Assembly (NCBI GenBank): GCA_013415865.1
Contig: CP058896.1
Location: 700,921-764,920 of the forward strand
Direction of reading: 5' to 3'
DNA: 64,000 nucleotides
Source of the DNA: Methanomassiliicoccales archaeon
GTDB taxonomy: Archaea; Thermoplasmatota; Thermoplasmata; Methanomassiliicoccales; UBA472
The notes below the pieces were generated by a model that worked only from the letters and a program-made list of their open reading frames with translations, did not search any database and had not been told where the DNA came from. Position numbers and translations under genes: made by a program. Below are positions 28,337 to 38,260 of the stretch, one piece after another. The first letter of the stretch is position 1, and each line of letters starts with the position of its first letter.

Positions 28337-30058
28337 ATGGCCAAAATGGACCTGATACTTCTGCATGCTCCGAGCGTATATGATTTCAGGAAGGAGTTCC
28401 TCTTTTATGGTCCGGTCAGCGACCTGGTCCCTTCAACCCCTGTGTTCGAGATGTATCCTTTCGGGTTCATGACCATGGCCACGGCCCTGCACTCTGAGGG
28501 GTACCGCGTCAGGATCATCAATCTTGCAAGCATGATGCTCAATGACCCTAAGCTCGATGTCGAGAAGTTCATATCCAGACTGGATGCGGATGTCTTCGGC
28601 ATCGATCTTCATTGGTTGCCCCATGCGCATGGTTCACTTGAGATAGCGAGGATCGTCCGGGATAAACATCCTGGTTCCAAGATCCTTTTCGGAGGTTATT
28701 CTTCCACGTATTATCATCAAGAGCTCATCAATTATGACCAGGTCGACATGGTCCTTCGCGGCGACTCCACCGAGGTCCCTGTCTGCGAGCTTTTCCACGC
28801 CTTGGAAAAGGGGAATGACCTATCAAAGGTGCAGAACCTCACCTGGAAGGAGGGTGGGAAGGTCCGTTCCAATCCGATCACCTATGTCCCAAAGGACCTG
28901 GACCACCTTGATGTGGATTACGGATGGATCGTGAGGTCCGTCATCCGACATCGGGACCTGGAAGGTGCCAAACCCTTCAAGGACTGGGACAGGTATCCGC
29001 TCACGGTCGCCTTCACGGTCAGGGGTTGCACCGTGCAATGTGCCGTGTGCGGGGGGTCCTGCGGCGCAATGAAAGGATTTTTAGGGAGGTCCAGGCCAGC
29101 TTTCCGTTCTCCAGAGAAGGTCGCCGAGGACATCTACAACATACAGAACTACCTAAGGGCGCCGACGTTCGTCGTCGGGGACCTGAGACAGGGAGGGAAG
29201 CACTACGCTGACAGATTCTTTTCAAGGGCTAAGGAGCTGGGCATAGATAATCAGGTCATACTCGAGCTCTTCACCCCAGCACCTCTGGAGTTCTTCAAGC
29301 AGGCGAAGGAGAACCTCTCATCATATTCAATAGAATTCTCACCAGACTCGCATGATGAGACCGTCAGAAGGGCATTGGGCCGAAACTTTGACACCGCCTC
29401 CATGGAAAAGACGGTATATAATGCGCTCGATCAGGATGCAAGGCGCTTCGATATCTTCTTCATGATAGGGCTTCCCCAGCAGACGCGCATCTCCGCATTG
29501 GACAGCGCGAGATACGCCAAGAGGCTCTACGATGTGGTCTCGAACGACACAAGGCTTTTCGTATATACCTCACCTCTCGCGCCTTTCCTAGATCCGGGCA
29601 GCATCGCCTTTGAGAATGCCGACAAGCTCGGATATATCTCTCTGGCAAGGACCCTCGAGGAGCATAGAAGGCGACTTCTCAGCCCAAGCTGGAAATATGT
29701 GCTATCATATGAGACCAGATGGATGATTAGGGACGACATAGCAGAGGTGTCATATGATGCGGCGGACATCCTGAACGAGGTGCGCCATGAATGCGGGCTC
29801 ATCGACGCAAGGGAGCTGGAAGACAGGAAATGCAGGACCGCTGCCGCAAGGGAGATGATGCGACGCATCGACGAGGTCGTTGCCATTGAAGATGAGAGGA
29901 TGAAGAAAGAGGCCTTGATGTCCCTTAAGAAGAGCTCAGAGGAGCTTATGAATTCCACGATATGTCAGAAGGGCGACCTGGAGTGGAATGCTGGCAGCGT
30001 CATCAAGAGCGCCCCGCGCGCGGTCCTTGGGATGATCAGAGGAAGGAAAAGGAGGTAG
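28337..30058 (+). CDS. B12-binding radical SAM protein (TIGR04190/Ta0216-like)
   Basis: LLHAPSVYDFR, FEMYP.GF, IDLHWLPH B12 domain, and CTVQCAVC radical SAM motif. Confidence 0.85.
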   Translation: MAKMDLILLHAPSVYDFRKEFLFYGPVSDLVPSTPVFEMYPFGFMTMATALHSEGYRVRIINLASMMLNDPKLDVEKFISRLDADVFGIDLHWLPHAHGSLEIARIVRDKHPGSKILFGGYSSTYYHQELINYDQVDMVLRGDSTEVPVCELFHALEKGNDLSKVQNLTWKEGGKVRSNPITYVPKDLDHLDVDYGWIVRSVIRHRDLEGAKPFKDWDRYPLTVAFTVRGCTVQCAVCGGSCGAMKGFLGRSRPAFRSPEKVAEDIYNIQNYLRAPTFVVGDLRQGGKHYADRFFSRAKELGIDNQVILELFTPAPLEFFKQAKENLSSYSIEFSPDSHDETVRRALGRNFDTASMEKTVYNALDQDARRFDIFFMIGLPQQTRISALDSARYAKRLYDVVSNDTRLFVYTSPLAPFLDPGSIAFENADKLGYISLARTLEEHRRRLLSPSWKYVLSYETRWMIRDDIAEVSYDAADILNEVRHECGLIDARELEDRKCRTAAAREMMRRIDEVVAIEDERMKKEALMSLKKSSEELMNSTICQKGDLEWNAGSVIKSAPRAVLGMIRGRKRR

Positions 30059-30060
30059 TG

Positions 30061-31170
30061 TCAGGGCAATATCGGCTTGCACCTGATCAACTTGTTTATC
30101 CGCCTCTGCCCTAGAGAGCGCATTGCCATCTCTAACCTCCAGGTGCTGCCGAAGCAGGTGTTGGCCAACATCTTCGTCCTGACCGCCGTCCTCAAAGGCC
30201 CATAGATCTGCTTCCTGCACAATGATTCATAGTCCTCAAGAGGTGCCCCGTTCTTGATGTGCATCGCCGCGACCCTTCCGGCGAAACGCCCGCACAGCAT
30301 CGCTATCGGTATCCCACCGCCGTTGACGGCCATGACCTGACCCGCGGCATCCCCCACCAGCATGATGTTCCCGTTGACCGCCCTCCTTATCGGGCCTGAC
30401 ATTGGGACGAACTTGCCCATGACCGGCATTTCGGACCGAAGGCCCTTCTGTTCAAGGAACCTATCGAAGTACTCACCGACGGTCATCTTGGCAAATCTCT
30501 TCGCTACGCCCAGGCCGACGTTCGCTGAGCCCTTCTTTGGTATTATCCATGCATATCCGCCCGGGGCTACCGACCCGAAGTACATCTCCGGCATTGGATC
30601 AAAATCCCCATTGACCTGGACCGTGACGGCCGGACATAGGTCGGTCGACCTGCCGAGCCCTGCGTCCTTGGCCACCTTGGACAATGGGCCATCGGCCCCC
30701 ACCACGACTTTGGCCTTGATCTCCATCCCATCGGCAAGTGCCACACCGTCCCTCAGGCCATTGTATTTGACCCCGGTTATTAGTTTGGCACCTGCCTTGA
30801 CGGCCCTCTTGGCCAGATACTGGTCGAACCTTCCTCTATCGGTGGTATACCCAGCGAATGGGACCTCCCAGCTCCTCATCTTTGGAGAATATAGGCGTAT
30901 ATAGGCCGTTTCCAGCAAGCGGAGGTCGCCAGGTATCTCAAAGAGAGGTGCTATGTCCAATGCATCAGGGAATATCTGAGAGATCTCCTCCACATGGGGC
31001 ATGAACTCGCCACACCTCACAGGCTCACCGACGACCGGTCTCTTCTCGATCAGCAGTACCTCGGCACCGTTAAGGGCGGCATGCTCCGCGGTCGTGCTGC
31101 CTGCCGGCCCGGCACCGACGACCAGGACATCGACCTCGACCTTTTCGACCATGCGATCACTCTGTGTCAT
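30061..31170 (-). CDS. Geranylgeranyl reductase family flavoprotein
   Basis: VVGAGPAG, PVRCGE, GADG, PGGYAWIIPK and GDAAG...NGGGI. Confidence 0.9.
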   Translation of the reverse strand: MTQSDRMVEKVEVDVLVVGAGPAGSTTAEHAALNGAEVLLIEKRPVVGEPVRCGEFMPHVEEISQIFPDALDIAPLFEIPGDLRLLETAYIRLYSPKMRSWEVPFAGYTTDRGRFDQYLAKRAVKAGAKLITGVKYNGLRDGVALADGMEIKAKVVVGADGPLSKVAKDAGLGRSTDLCPAVTVQVNGDFDPMPEMYFGSVAPGGYAWIIPKKGSANVGLGVAKRFAKMTVGEYFDRFLEQKGLRSEMPVMGKFVPMSGPIRRAVNGNIMLVGDAAGQVMAVNGGGIPIAMLCGRFAGRVAAMHIKNGAPLEDYESLCRKQIYGPLRTAVRTKMLANTCFGSTWRLEMAMRSLGQRRINKLIRCKPILP

Positions 31171-31209
31171 CCGATATGATTATATGAAGCTGACCTGGAA
31201 CATTTCGCA

Positions 31210-32178
31210 TCAGATGTTCCTTTCCTCAAGTGAGTCTGCGAGCATCTCCATGGACCTTGTGTAGCTCGACGCCGTGCCCATTTCGATCACCGCATCCTTC
31301 GCCTTGGACGTATAATCGGCGACCATCATCCTCGCCCTCGCCACCGCGTCGGTCATCGACACGAGGGCCATAGCCCTCTCGAGATCGTCCTTTGTCTTTC
31401 CCTTCTTCAGGAAAAGGGCCTTTAGGTCCTTACCGACCTTCTCATCGGCCATGGCATATAGGAGGACAAGGTTCGGTTTGCCGTCCATGAAGTCCACCCC
31501 CCTCGGCTTACCGAGCGTGGCCTGGTTGCCCACCACGTCCAATATGTCATCGCGTATCTGGAACGCTATCCCGATGTTCAGACCATACCTTCCCATCAAT
31601 GCCATGCGTTCACTGTCCGCGCCCGCGAGATAGGCACCTATCATGGCGCTCGCCTCCATGAACTTAGCGGTCTTTCCCTCTATGATCTTAAGGTAGTCCT
31701 TTAGCGAGGTCTCAGCATCTTGCTCGTGGATTATCTGCAACATCTCGCTCTCGGCGATGGATGTGCAGGCATCGGCTATCATATCGACGATCTTCTCGTC
31801 GAAGGTGCCGCCGAGCTTGAATGACTTGACAAAAAGGAAGTCGCCGGCGATCAGGGCCCTTTGGGTGCCGAAGCGCTTGTATGCGGCCTCCCGGCCCCTA
31901 CGGAACTCACCTGCATCATTGATGTCGTCGTGGATGAGGGTCGCGGCATGTATCATCTCAAAGGCCGATGCTATCTTGATCACCTTTGCGGGGTCCTTAC
32001 CTCCGTTGGCCTTGAACGAGAGCAGGGCTATCGCCGGACGGATCCTTTTACCTCCGGAACCGATGACATAAAGCGATATCTCAGTGAGGAGGCTCTGCTC
32101 GGAGAATACACGGTCGCGCATCTCCTGCTCGACCATGTCCAGCTCTTCTCTTATTGTAGAGTCCCACGTCAGGACCAT
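31210..32178 (-). CDS. trans-polyprenyl diphosphate synthase (probably C25 or longer)
   Basis: GGKRIRP, FARM HAATLIHDDIND...RRG, KTA and SARM QIRDDILD. Confidence 0.9.
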   Translation of the reverse strand: MVLTWDSTIREELDMVEQEMRDRVFSEQSLLTEISLYVIGSGGKRIRPAIALLSFKANGGKDPAKVIKIASAFEMIHAATLIHDDINDAGEFRRGREAAYKRFGTQRALIAGDFLFVKSFKLGGTFDEKIVDMIADACTSIAESEMLQIIHEQDAETSLKDYLKIIEGKTAKFMEASAMIGAYLAGADSERMALMGRYGLNIGIAFQIRDDILDVVGNQATLGKPRGVDFMDGKPNLVLLYAMADEKVGKDLKALFLKKGKTKDDLERAMALVSMTDAVARARMMVADYTSKAKDAVIEMGTASSYTRSMEMLADSLEERNI

Positions 32179-32260
32179 TGCCGCTCGATATGGTGAATGC
32201 GTACTTAACGGTTATTCCAAAATATGTTCTCGTCCTGATGCATTGCTTGTAAGGCCAGTA

Positions 32261-32281
32261 ATGAAAATGAAAAGGAAAAAT
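32261..32281 (-). terminator. Putative oligo-T terminator after fpoN
   Basis: Minus strand reads TTTTTCCTTTTCATTTTCAT about 30 nt after the fpoN stop. Confidence 0.4.
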
Positions 32282-32307
32282 TAAGGTCTGTTAAGAGGTT
32301 TGGGCGC

Positions 32308-33765
32308 TCACGACAGGAACGCAAAGAAGCTCGATGCCGCGTTCTGGCAGGCCTCGAAGAACGGACCTGGGAAGATGCCCATGACCACCACCGCGGTCAC
32401 GCAGATGAGGACGGCGGCCACCATTGTGCTCGGCAGCTTCAGCTTTTCCTGGTTCTCCCCCTTCTCCACCAACATGTACTTTATTATCCGCACATAGTAG
32501 AAAAGAGATATCGCGCTGTTGATGATCGCGGCCACGGTCAGCCATAACAGCCAATCGTTACCTGAGGTGACCGCATCGATGGGCGCGGAGAACAGGAAGA
32601 ACTTTGAGGCGAATCCGGCCAGAGGTGGTATGCCCGCTAGCGACAGGAGGAAGATGGTCATGGAGATGGCCATCAACGGTGACCTCTTTGCGAGCCCCTT
32701 ATAATCGTTGATGCTCTCACCGACCGCCACCACACCGAGCGTGGCGACTATCATGAAGGCCCCGCCCTTCATGAAGGCGTGCGTCACGATCTGGAACAAT
32801 CCGCCGGCGAGCGCGTAGTCAGTCGCCACAGGGATCGCCATCAATATGTAGCCCGCCTGGGCGATCGAAGAATAGGCCAACATGCGTTTTATATTGGTCT
32901 GGTTGAGGGCGGCGAGGTTACCTACCGTCATCGTTGCCACGGCCATGATCGCCATCAGCAGCTCCCAGTCCGCCTTTATGGCTATGATGCCGATAAGGAA
33001 GAACTTGAACATGGCGACGAAGCCCATCTTCTTGCTGCCAGCTGCAAGCATCGCGGTGATCGTGGTCGGAGCTCCTTCGTAGACGTCAGGGGCCCACATA
33101 TGGAACGGTACCATCGAGATCTTGAAACCGAACCCGACCACCGTCATGATCATCGCGACCCACATGATCTCGATGTTCTCGGTACCTTGGGTGATGAGGT
33201 AGTAGTTGATGCCGTCGAACCTCGTGGTGCCCGCGTACCCATAGACCAAGGAGATACCGAACAGCGCGAAACCGCTTGACATCGCGCCGATGATGAAGTA
33301 CTTGGTCGCCGCCTCAGCGCTCTTCACGTCCTTCTTGCGGAAGGACACGAGCGCATATGATGAGAGGCTTGTAAGCTCGATCCCGATGAAGAGCGCGAAC
33401 AGGTCGGTGGCACAGGCGACGAACAACATGCCCACGGTCGCCAGGAGGATCAACGAGTAATACTCTGGCTTGTGCCTGTCACCGTCAACGTAGGTTATCG
33501 AGGCCAGGATGACATAGAAGGCCACGGCCAGGAACACGTACATGAAGATGACCGCGAAGTCCTCTAACAGCACGAACCCTTGGAACCCGACAGGCAACGA
33601 ATATCCGTCCGTGATGGACCATATGCTGAACCCTGCCAGCGCTATACCTACAAGGGAGAAAGCCCCCAGGACCTTCGACGATCTGGTGACCATGCCCAAC
33701 GCAGGAAGGGCGATGGCGAACATTGCCAGCACGATCTCTGGCGTTATTGCGGTATAATCTACCAT
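32308..33765 (-). CDS. fpoN: Fpo-like complex subunit N
   Basis: EAATKYF, GFKISMVPFHMWAPDVYEGAP and SLAGIPPLAGF. Confidence 0.93.
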   Translation of the reverse strand: MVDYTAITPEIVLAMFAIALPALGMVTRSSKVLGAFSLVGIALAGFSIWSITDGYSLPVGFQGFVLLEDFAVIFMYVFLAVAFYVILASITYVDGDRHKPEYYSLILLATVGMLFVACATDLFALFIGIELTSLSSYALVSFRKKDVKSAEAATKYFIIGAMSSGFALFGISLVYGYAGTTRFDGINYYLITQGTENIEIMWVAMIMTVVGFGFKISMVPFHMWAPDVYEGAPTTITAMLAAGSKKMGFVAMFKFFLIGIIAIKADWELLMAIMAVATMTVGNLAALNQTNIKRMLAYSSIAQAGYILMAIPVATDYALAGGLFQIVTHAFMKGGAFMIVATLGVVAVGESINDYKGLAKRSPLMAISMTIFLLSLAGIPPLAGFASKFFLFSAPIDAVTSGNDWLLWLTVAAIINSAISLFYYVRIIKYMLVEKGENQEKLKLPSTMVAAVLICVTAVVVMGIFPGPFFEACQNAASSFFAFLS

Positions 33766-33766
33766 C

Positions 33767-35317
33767 TCAGAAACCTCCCATGAGGACCTTGGTCACGGCC
33801 GGCGTGATGTAGTCCAATATCAGTGCGGGCCATATCCCGAACAGCACTATGAAGAACACCAGCACCGCCAGCGGCGCAGCCTCGTACCAGGAGACGTCAT
33901 GCAGATGCTCCAGGTCGATGTCCTTCGTGAGCGGACCGAAGAGGACGCGCTGCATGGCCCAGATATAATAGGCCGCGGTGAGCGCGACCGACATTATCGG
34001 GACCAGGAGAAGCCAGTCGAAGGCCTCGAACGTCGATACGAATATCGCGAACTCCGCGATGAAACCGACCAGGCCTGGCAGCCCGAGGGATGCCATGAAG
34101 CCGATCATCATGAACGTCGCCGCGACGGGTATCTTGGCGGCAAGACCTCCCAACCTTGGTATCATCCTTGTGCCGGTCTTATGCTGGACGACACCGCACA
34201 TCATGAAGAGGACGGCCGTGATAAGGCCATGAGCGAACATCATGAAGACGCCGGCGGCAAGACCTATCTCGGTGAAGGTCGAGAAGGCGAGCATGACCCC
34301 GCCCATATGGCTGATGGAGGAGTAAGCGACCATCTTCTTGATGTCCTTCTGGGCGATGCACATTATGGCCCCGTAGATCATTGACAGGACACCTAGCACT
34401 ATCATGACGACCTGCATATCGCTGAAGCCTTCGACAAGGCCTCCATAAGCGCCAGCGTCCAGGTCCCAGGCGCCATGCAGACTGGGCAATGATATCCTGA
34501 TGATACCATAGGACCCCATCTTCAGCAAGAGGCCTGCCAGCAGCACCGACCCTGCGGTCGGGGCCTCGACGTGCGCGTCGGGGAGCCAAGTATGCACAGG
34601 GACCATGGGCATCTTCGTTATGAAACCGATGAGCAGCGCCGCGAAGATCGATGTCTGCAGGGCGATGCTGAAATCACCCGAGACGGTGGCGATCGCCTGC
34701 ATGTCGAACGTCCTATAGCCAAGGGCATTCGATGCCTCGAAGTAAAGGGCGAAGATACCGATGAGCATCACAAGGGATGCGACGTGCGTATAGATGAAGA
34801 ACTTCAGGGACGCGTAGTCACGACGGGGCCCTCCCCATATCGCGATCAGGAAATACATCGGGATCAGCACGACCTCCCAGAACACATAGAACAGGAAGTA
34901 GTCGAGCGCCATGAACACCCCGAGCACGCCGACCTCGAGCACGAGCATGAGGCCCATGTACTGGCTGGTCCTGGTCTCGACATCCCAGGAGAACAATATA
35001 GCCAGGAAGCAGAGCAGGGCGGTCAGCCAGACCATCGGGACCGATATGCCATCGACGCCGAGGATATAGTTTATCCCGGCCGCTTTTATCCACTCATAGC
35101 TCTCACCATACTGGTACTCTCCAAAGATTTCCTTACCGAGGGCAAAGAACTCCAGCATGAGGAGCGAGGCCAGCACCAGAGTGGCAGCTGAGGCCCCCAA
35201 TGCGATCATCTTCGATATCTTGGCCCTTGGTCCGACCATGAAGGCTGCCAACGCCCCGATGAGGGGCAGGACCAACAATAGGGACAGTATAGGTACATTT
35301 TCCAACATCATGATCAC
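33767..35317 (-). CDS. fpoM: Fpo-like complex subunit M
   Basis: FYVFWE, HTWLPDAHVEAPT and LLKMGSYG. Confidence 0.93.
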   Translation of the reverse strand: MIMMLENVPILSLLLVLPLIGALAAFMVGPRAKISKMIALGASAATLVLASLLMLEFFALGKEIFGEYQYGESYEWIKAAGINYILGVDGISVPMVWLTALLCFLAILFSWDVETRTSQYMGLMLVLEVGVLGVFMALDYFLFYVFWEVVLIPMYFLIAIWGGPRRDYASLKFFIYTHVASLVMLIGIFALYFEASNALGYRTFDMQAIATVSGDFSIALQTSIFAALLIGFITKMPMVPVHTWLPDAHVEAPTAGSVLLAGLLLKMGSYGIIRISLPSLHGAWDLDAGAYGGLVEGFSDMQVVMIVLGVLSMIYGAIMCIAQKDIKKMVAYSSISHMGGVMLAFSTFTEIGLAAGVFMMFAHGLITAVLFMMCGVVQHKTGTRMIPRLGGLAAKIPVAATFMMIGFMASLGLPGLVGFIAEFAIFVSTFEAFDWLLLVPIMSVALTAAYYIWAMQRVLFGPLTKDIDLEHLHDVSWYEAAPLAVLVFFIVLFGIWPALILDYITPAVTKVLMGGF

Positions 35318-35318
35318 C

Positions 35319-37409
35319 TCAAGGACTAAGGTCCACCCCCATCACTGACAGTAGAAGATACATAAGCAGCATCAGGACCACCGCACCGCCCACCGCTATC
35401 CCGGCATAGGTCTGCACGAACCCGGTCTGGACCTTGCGCAGCCCCCTCCCGGCCTTCAGGCTGACCCTTCCGATGCCGTTGACGATGCCGTCGATTATGT
35501 TCCTGTCGAACCAGTCGAGCAGCAGCGAGAACCCGTACACGACCTTGAGACCGAACTGGTCGTATCCCTTGGTGAATCCGTAGCGGGCCAACAGCATGTT
35601 GTAGAGCGGTCGTATCGCGGGCCTGTTGACGATGGCCGCCACATCGATCCTCTTCTTGTAGAAGGCCATATATGCAAGGAATATCCCACCGGCCGCTATC
35701 AGTATGGACACATAGGTCAGGACGCTCGTGAACACCTTCTCCAGTATCTCGACGGAGGTCTCATGTATCGGCTCCTCGAAGAAGACTGTTCCATAGAACG
35801 ACTCGCCGAAGAAGAACAGCGCCGCCATTCCTGAGAACAGAGCCAGGACCGCGAGCAACATCAAAGGAACCGTCATCACCTTCGGGGTGTGCTCCTTGAA
35901 CCTGCCCGCCTTGGCGTGACCGTGCTCCTTGCCATCATGTCCCTCATGATGCTCTCCGTGGGCCGTGGCGTGCTTCGTCGCAGACCCCTCGGGACCAGTG
36001 AAGGTCAGGAACCACATGCGGAACATGTAGAATGCGGTCATGAAGGCCGTGGCGACCCCCATGACCCAGAGCAAAGCGAATATCCAGTTCGTTGAACCAG
36101 CCTCAAAGACCGTCGCCAATACCTCATCCTTGCTCCAGAAGCCGCTCAATGGAGGGATACCGGCGATCGATAGCGCGCCGATTAGCATCACCAGGGAGGT
36201 TATCGGCATGTACTTGCGCAGTCCGCCCATCTTCGCCATCTCTTCGGTGTGGACATAGTGGATGACCGCACCCGCGCTGAGGAAGAGAAGGGCCTTGAAG
36301 AAGGCGTGGTTCATCAGATGGAACATTCCGGCGGAGTAGCCCAGGATGCCTTCCTCGGTGTGTCCTTCTGCAAGGAGATAGCCCCCTGTGCCCAAAGCCA
36401 GGAACATATAACCTAGCTGGCTGATCGTAGAGTAGGCCAGGACACGCTTGATGTTCGGCGAGTTCAAGGCCATCGTCGCAGCGATGAACGCAGTGACCCC
36501 TCCTATGACCGCTATGAATATCAGAACATCTGGTACGTTGAGATGGGCGTTCTCCACCAGCAGCGGGAACATCCTCGCCACCAGGTAGACGCCCGCCTTG
36601 ACCATCGTCGCTGCATGGATGAGCGCGGAGACGGTTGTCGGGCCTTCCATCGCATCAGGGAGCCAGTCGTGCAACGGGAACTGTGCGCTCTTACCTATCG
36701 CACCGCCGAACACGAAGAACACGCCCCACATGAGCCAGGTCTGGTCCACGGCAGCTATGGCCGCTGGGTCGAATATCTCGCTGAACGAGAGGCTCTTGAA
36801 CGACCAGAATAGTATTATCAGGCCGATCATGAACATCACGTCACCGACACGGGTGACGAGGAAGGCCTTCTTTGCCGCAGACGCTGCGGAAGGCTTCTCG
36901 AACCAGAACCCGATGAGCAGGTATGAACAAAGACCTACGAGCTCCCAGAATATGAACAGCTCAAGGAAGTTGTTGGCAAGGACCAGCCCGAGCATGACGC
37001 CGACGAACAGCGATATCTCGGTGAAGTATCTCCTGCGCCTCTCTCCCTCCTCATGCATGTATCCGACCGAATAGATCACCACGAGGGTCGCAACGAACGA
37101 AACCACTATGAGCATCAGTGCGGTCAGGGCGTCGATATAGATGCCCAGCTCGAATGAGTAGCCGCTGCCCAGCTCTACCCACTTGAACGACTCCTCAAAG
37201 TAGGCGCCTTCCGCATGTTGCGGCAGGTTGCCGGTCAATGCCCCGAAGGCAACCATGAGAGAAAAGACCATCGCCGACCCGACGAGCGCGATCGCGACGA
37301 CCCCGCCCTTGTCCTTCATCTTCTTCCCAAGGAATCCGACGATCAGGAACGATATCAGCGGTAAGAGCGGTATGACCCACGCTAGCTTGAAGATAGGCTC
37401 AAAGTCCAT
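35319..37409 (-). CDS. fpoL: Fpo-like complex subunit L
   Basis: FWELVGLCSYLLIGFW, KSAQFPLHDWLPDAMEGPT and HAFFKALLFL. Confidence 0.95.
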   Translation of the reverse strand: MDFEPIFKLAWVIPLLPLISFLIVGFLGKKMKDKGGVVAIALVGSAMVFSLMVAFGALTGNLPQHAEGAYFEESFKWVELGSGYSFELGIYIDALTALMLIVVSFVATLVVIYSVGYMHEEGERRRRYFTEISLFVGVMLGLVLANNFLELFIFWELVGLCSYLLIGFWFEKPSAASAAKKAFLVTRVGDVMFMIGLIILFWSFKSLSFSEIFDPAAIAAVDQTWLMWGVFFVFGGAIGKSAQFPLHDWLPDAMEGPTTVSALIHAATMVKAGVYLVARMFPLLVENAHLNVPDVLIFIAVIGGVTAFIAATMALNSPNIKRVLAYSTISQLGYMFLALGTGGYLLAEGHTEEGILGYSAGMFHLMNHAFFKALLFLSAGAVIHYVHTEEMAKMGGLRKYMPITSLVMLIGALSIAGIPPLSGFWSKDEVLATVFEAGSTNWIFALLWVMGVATAFMTAFYMFRMWFLTFTGPEGSATKHATAHGEHHEGHDGKEHGHAKAGRFKEHTPKVMTVPLMLLAVLALFSGMAALFFFGESFYGTVFFEEPIHETSVEILEKVFTSVLTYVSILIAAGGIFLAYMAFYKKRIDVAAIVNRPAIRPLYNMLLARYGFTKGYDQFGLKVVYGFSLLLDWFDRNIIDGIVNGIGRVSLKAGRGLRKVQTGFVQTYAGIAVGGAVVLMLLMYLLLSVMGVDLSP

Positions 37410-37410
37410 T

Positions 37411-37728
37411 TTACCACCTCAGTATTGAGAGGTCGTCGACCTCGACGGTGTCCCTAAGTTTGTTCAGGTTCAACAATATCGCAAGACCTATCGCGACCTC
37501 TGCGGCGGCCAGACCTATCGAGAACAAGGCCATGACCTGTCCGGTCGCATCGTTGTTGTAAACTGAGAAGGCGACCAGGTTGATGTTGGCCGCATTCAGC
37601 ATCATCTCTATGGACATCAGGATGATGATCGCGTTCTTCTTGATGAGCACGCCCGCCACCCCGATGAGGAACAGGGCCGTGGACAGCATCAGGAACCAGC
37701 TGATCGGTATTGAGGTCGTGTCCATCAC
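37411..37728 (-). CDS. fpoK: Fpo-like complex subunit K
   Basis: SIEMMLNAANIN and AAAEVAIGLA. Confidence 0.93.
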   Translation of the reverse strand: MMDTTSIPISWFLMLSTALFLIGVAGVLIKKNAIIILMSIEMMLNAANINLVAFSVYNNDATGQVMALFSIGLAAAEVAIGLAILLNLNKLRDTVEVDDLSILRW

Positions 37729-38003
37729 TCATCCTCCTCCTGTGCGATGAAGACCCCGCCCATCATGGCAGAGAACAGTATGAGGGCGAGCACCATTACC
37801 ACCACCCCCCACTGCGTGAACAGCAGGTTGCCGATGGACTCGGTCATGTTGGAGAGTATCGGATATGTGCCGATCTCGCCGAGACCGGCCCATTCGTATA
37901 TCGTATATAATATCGTCACCGCCAATAGGCCGACGACGACCAGCTTTGCGATGGTGGAGCCTAACGGGCCTGTTTGGAATCTGGTCTTACTCACAGGCAC
38001 CAC
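37725..38003 (-). CDS. fpoJ2: Fpo-like subunit J, C-terminal half
   Basis: IGNLLFTQW...LFSAMMGGVFIA; sits between J1 and K. Confidence 0.8.
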   Translation of the reverse strand: MVPVSKTRFQTGPLGSTIAKLVVVGLLAVTILYTIYEWAGLGEIGTYPILSNMTESIGNLLFTQWGVVVMVLALILFSAMMGGVFIAQEEDE

Positions 38004-38259
38004 CTCCCATGAGCCTGCGCTTCGTGAGCATAACCCCGAACAGGATCAGGACGTTGATCGCGCCCACGTAGACAAGGATCTGTATGAGCGAGATGAACTC
38101 TGAGTTCAGGAACAGATATGTAATCGCCACGCCGACAAAGGTAAAGGCCAGGAACACCGCGCTCCGGACTATCTCCTTCGTTACGAGCACTGAGATCGCA
38201 GCGCCGACCGTAAGGCCGGCGAACACCATGAACGTAATAGGGGCCAGGTCAAAAGCCAT
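37987..38259 (-). CDS. fpoJ1: Fpo-like subunit J, N-terminal half
   Basis: QILVYVGAINVLILFGVML. Confidence 0.88.
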   Translation of the reverse strand: MAFDLAPITFMVFAGLTVGAAISVLVTKEIVRSAVFLAFTFVGVAITYLFLNSEFISLIQILVYVGAINVLILFGVMLTKRRLMGGGACE

Positions 38260-38260
38260 C

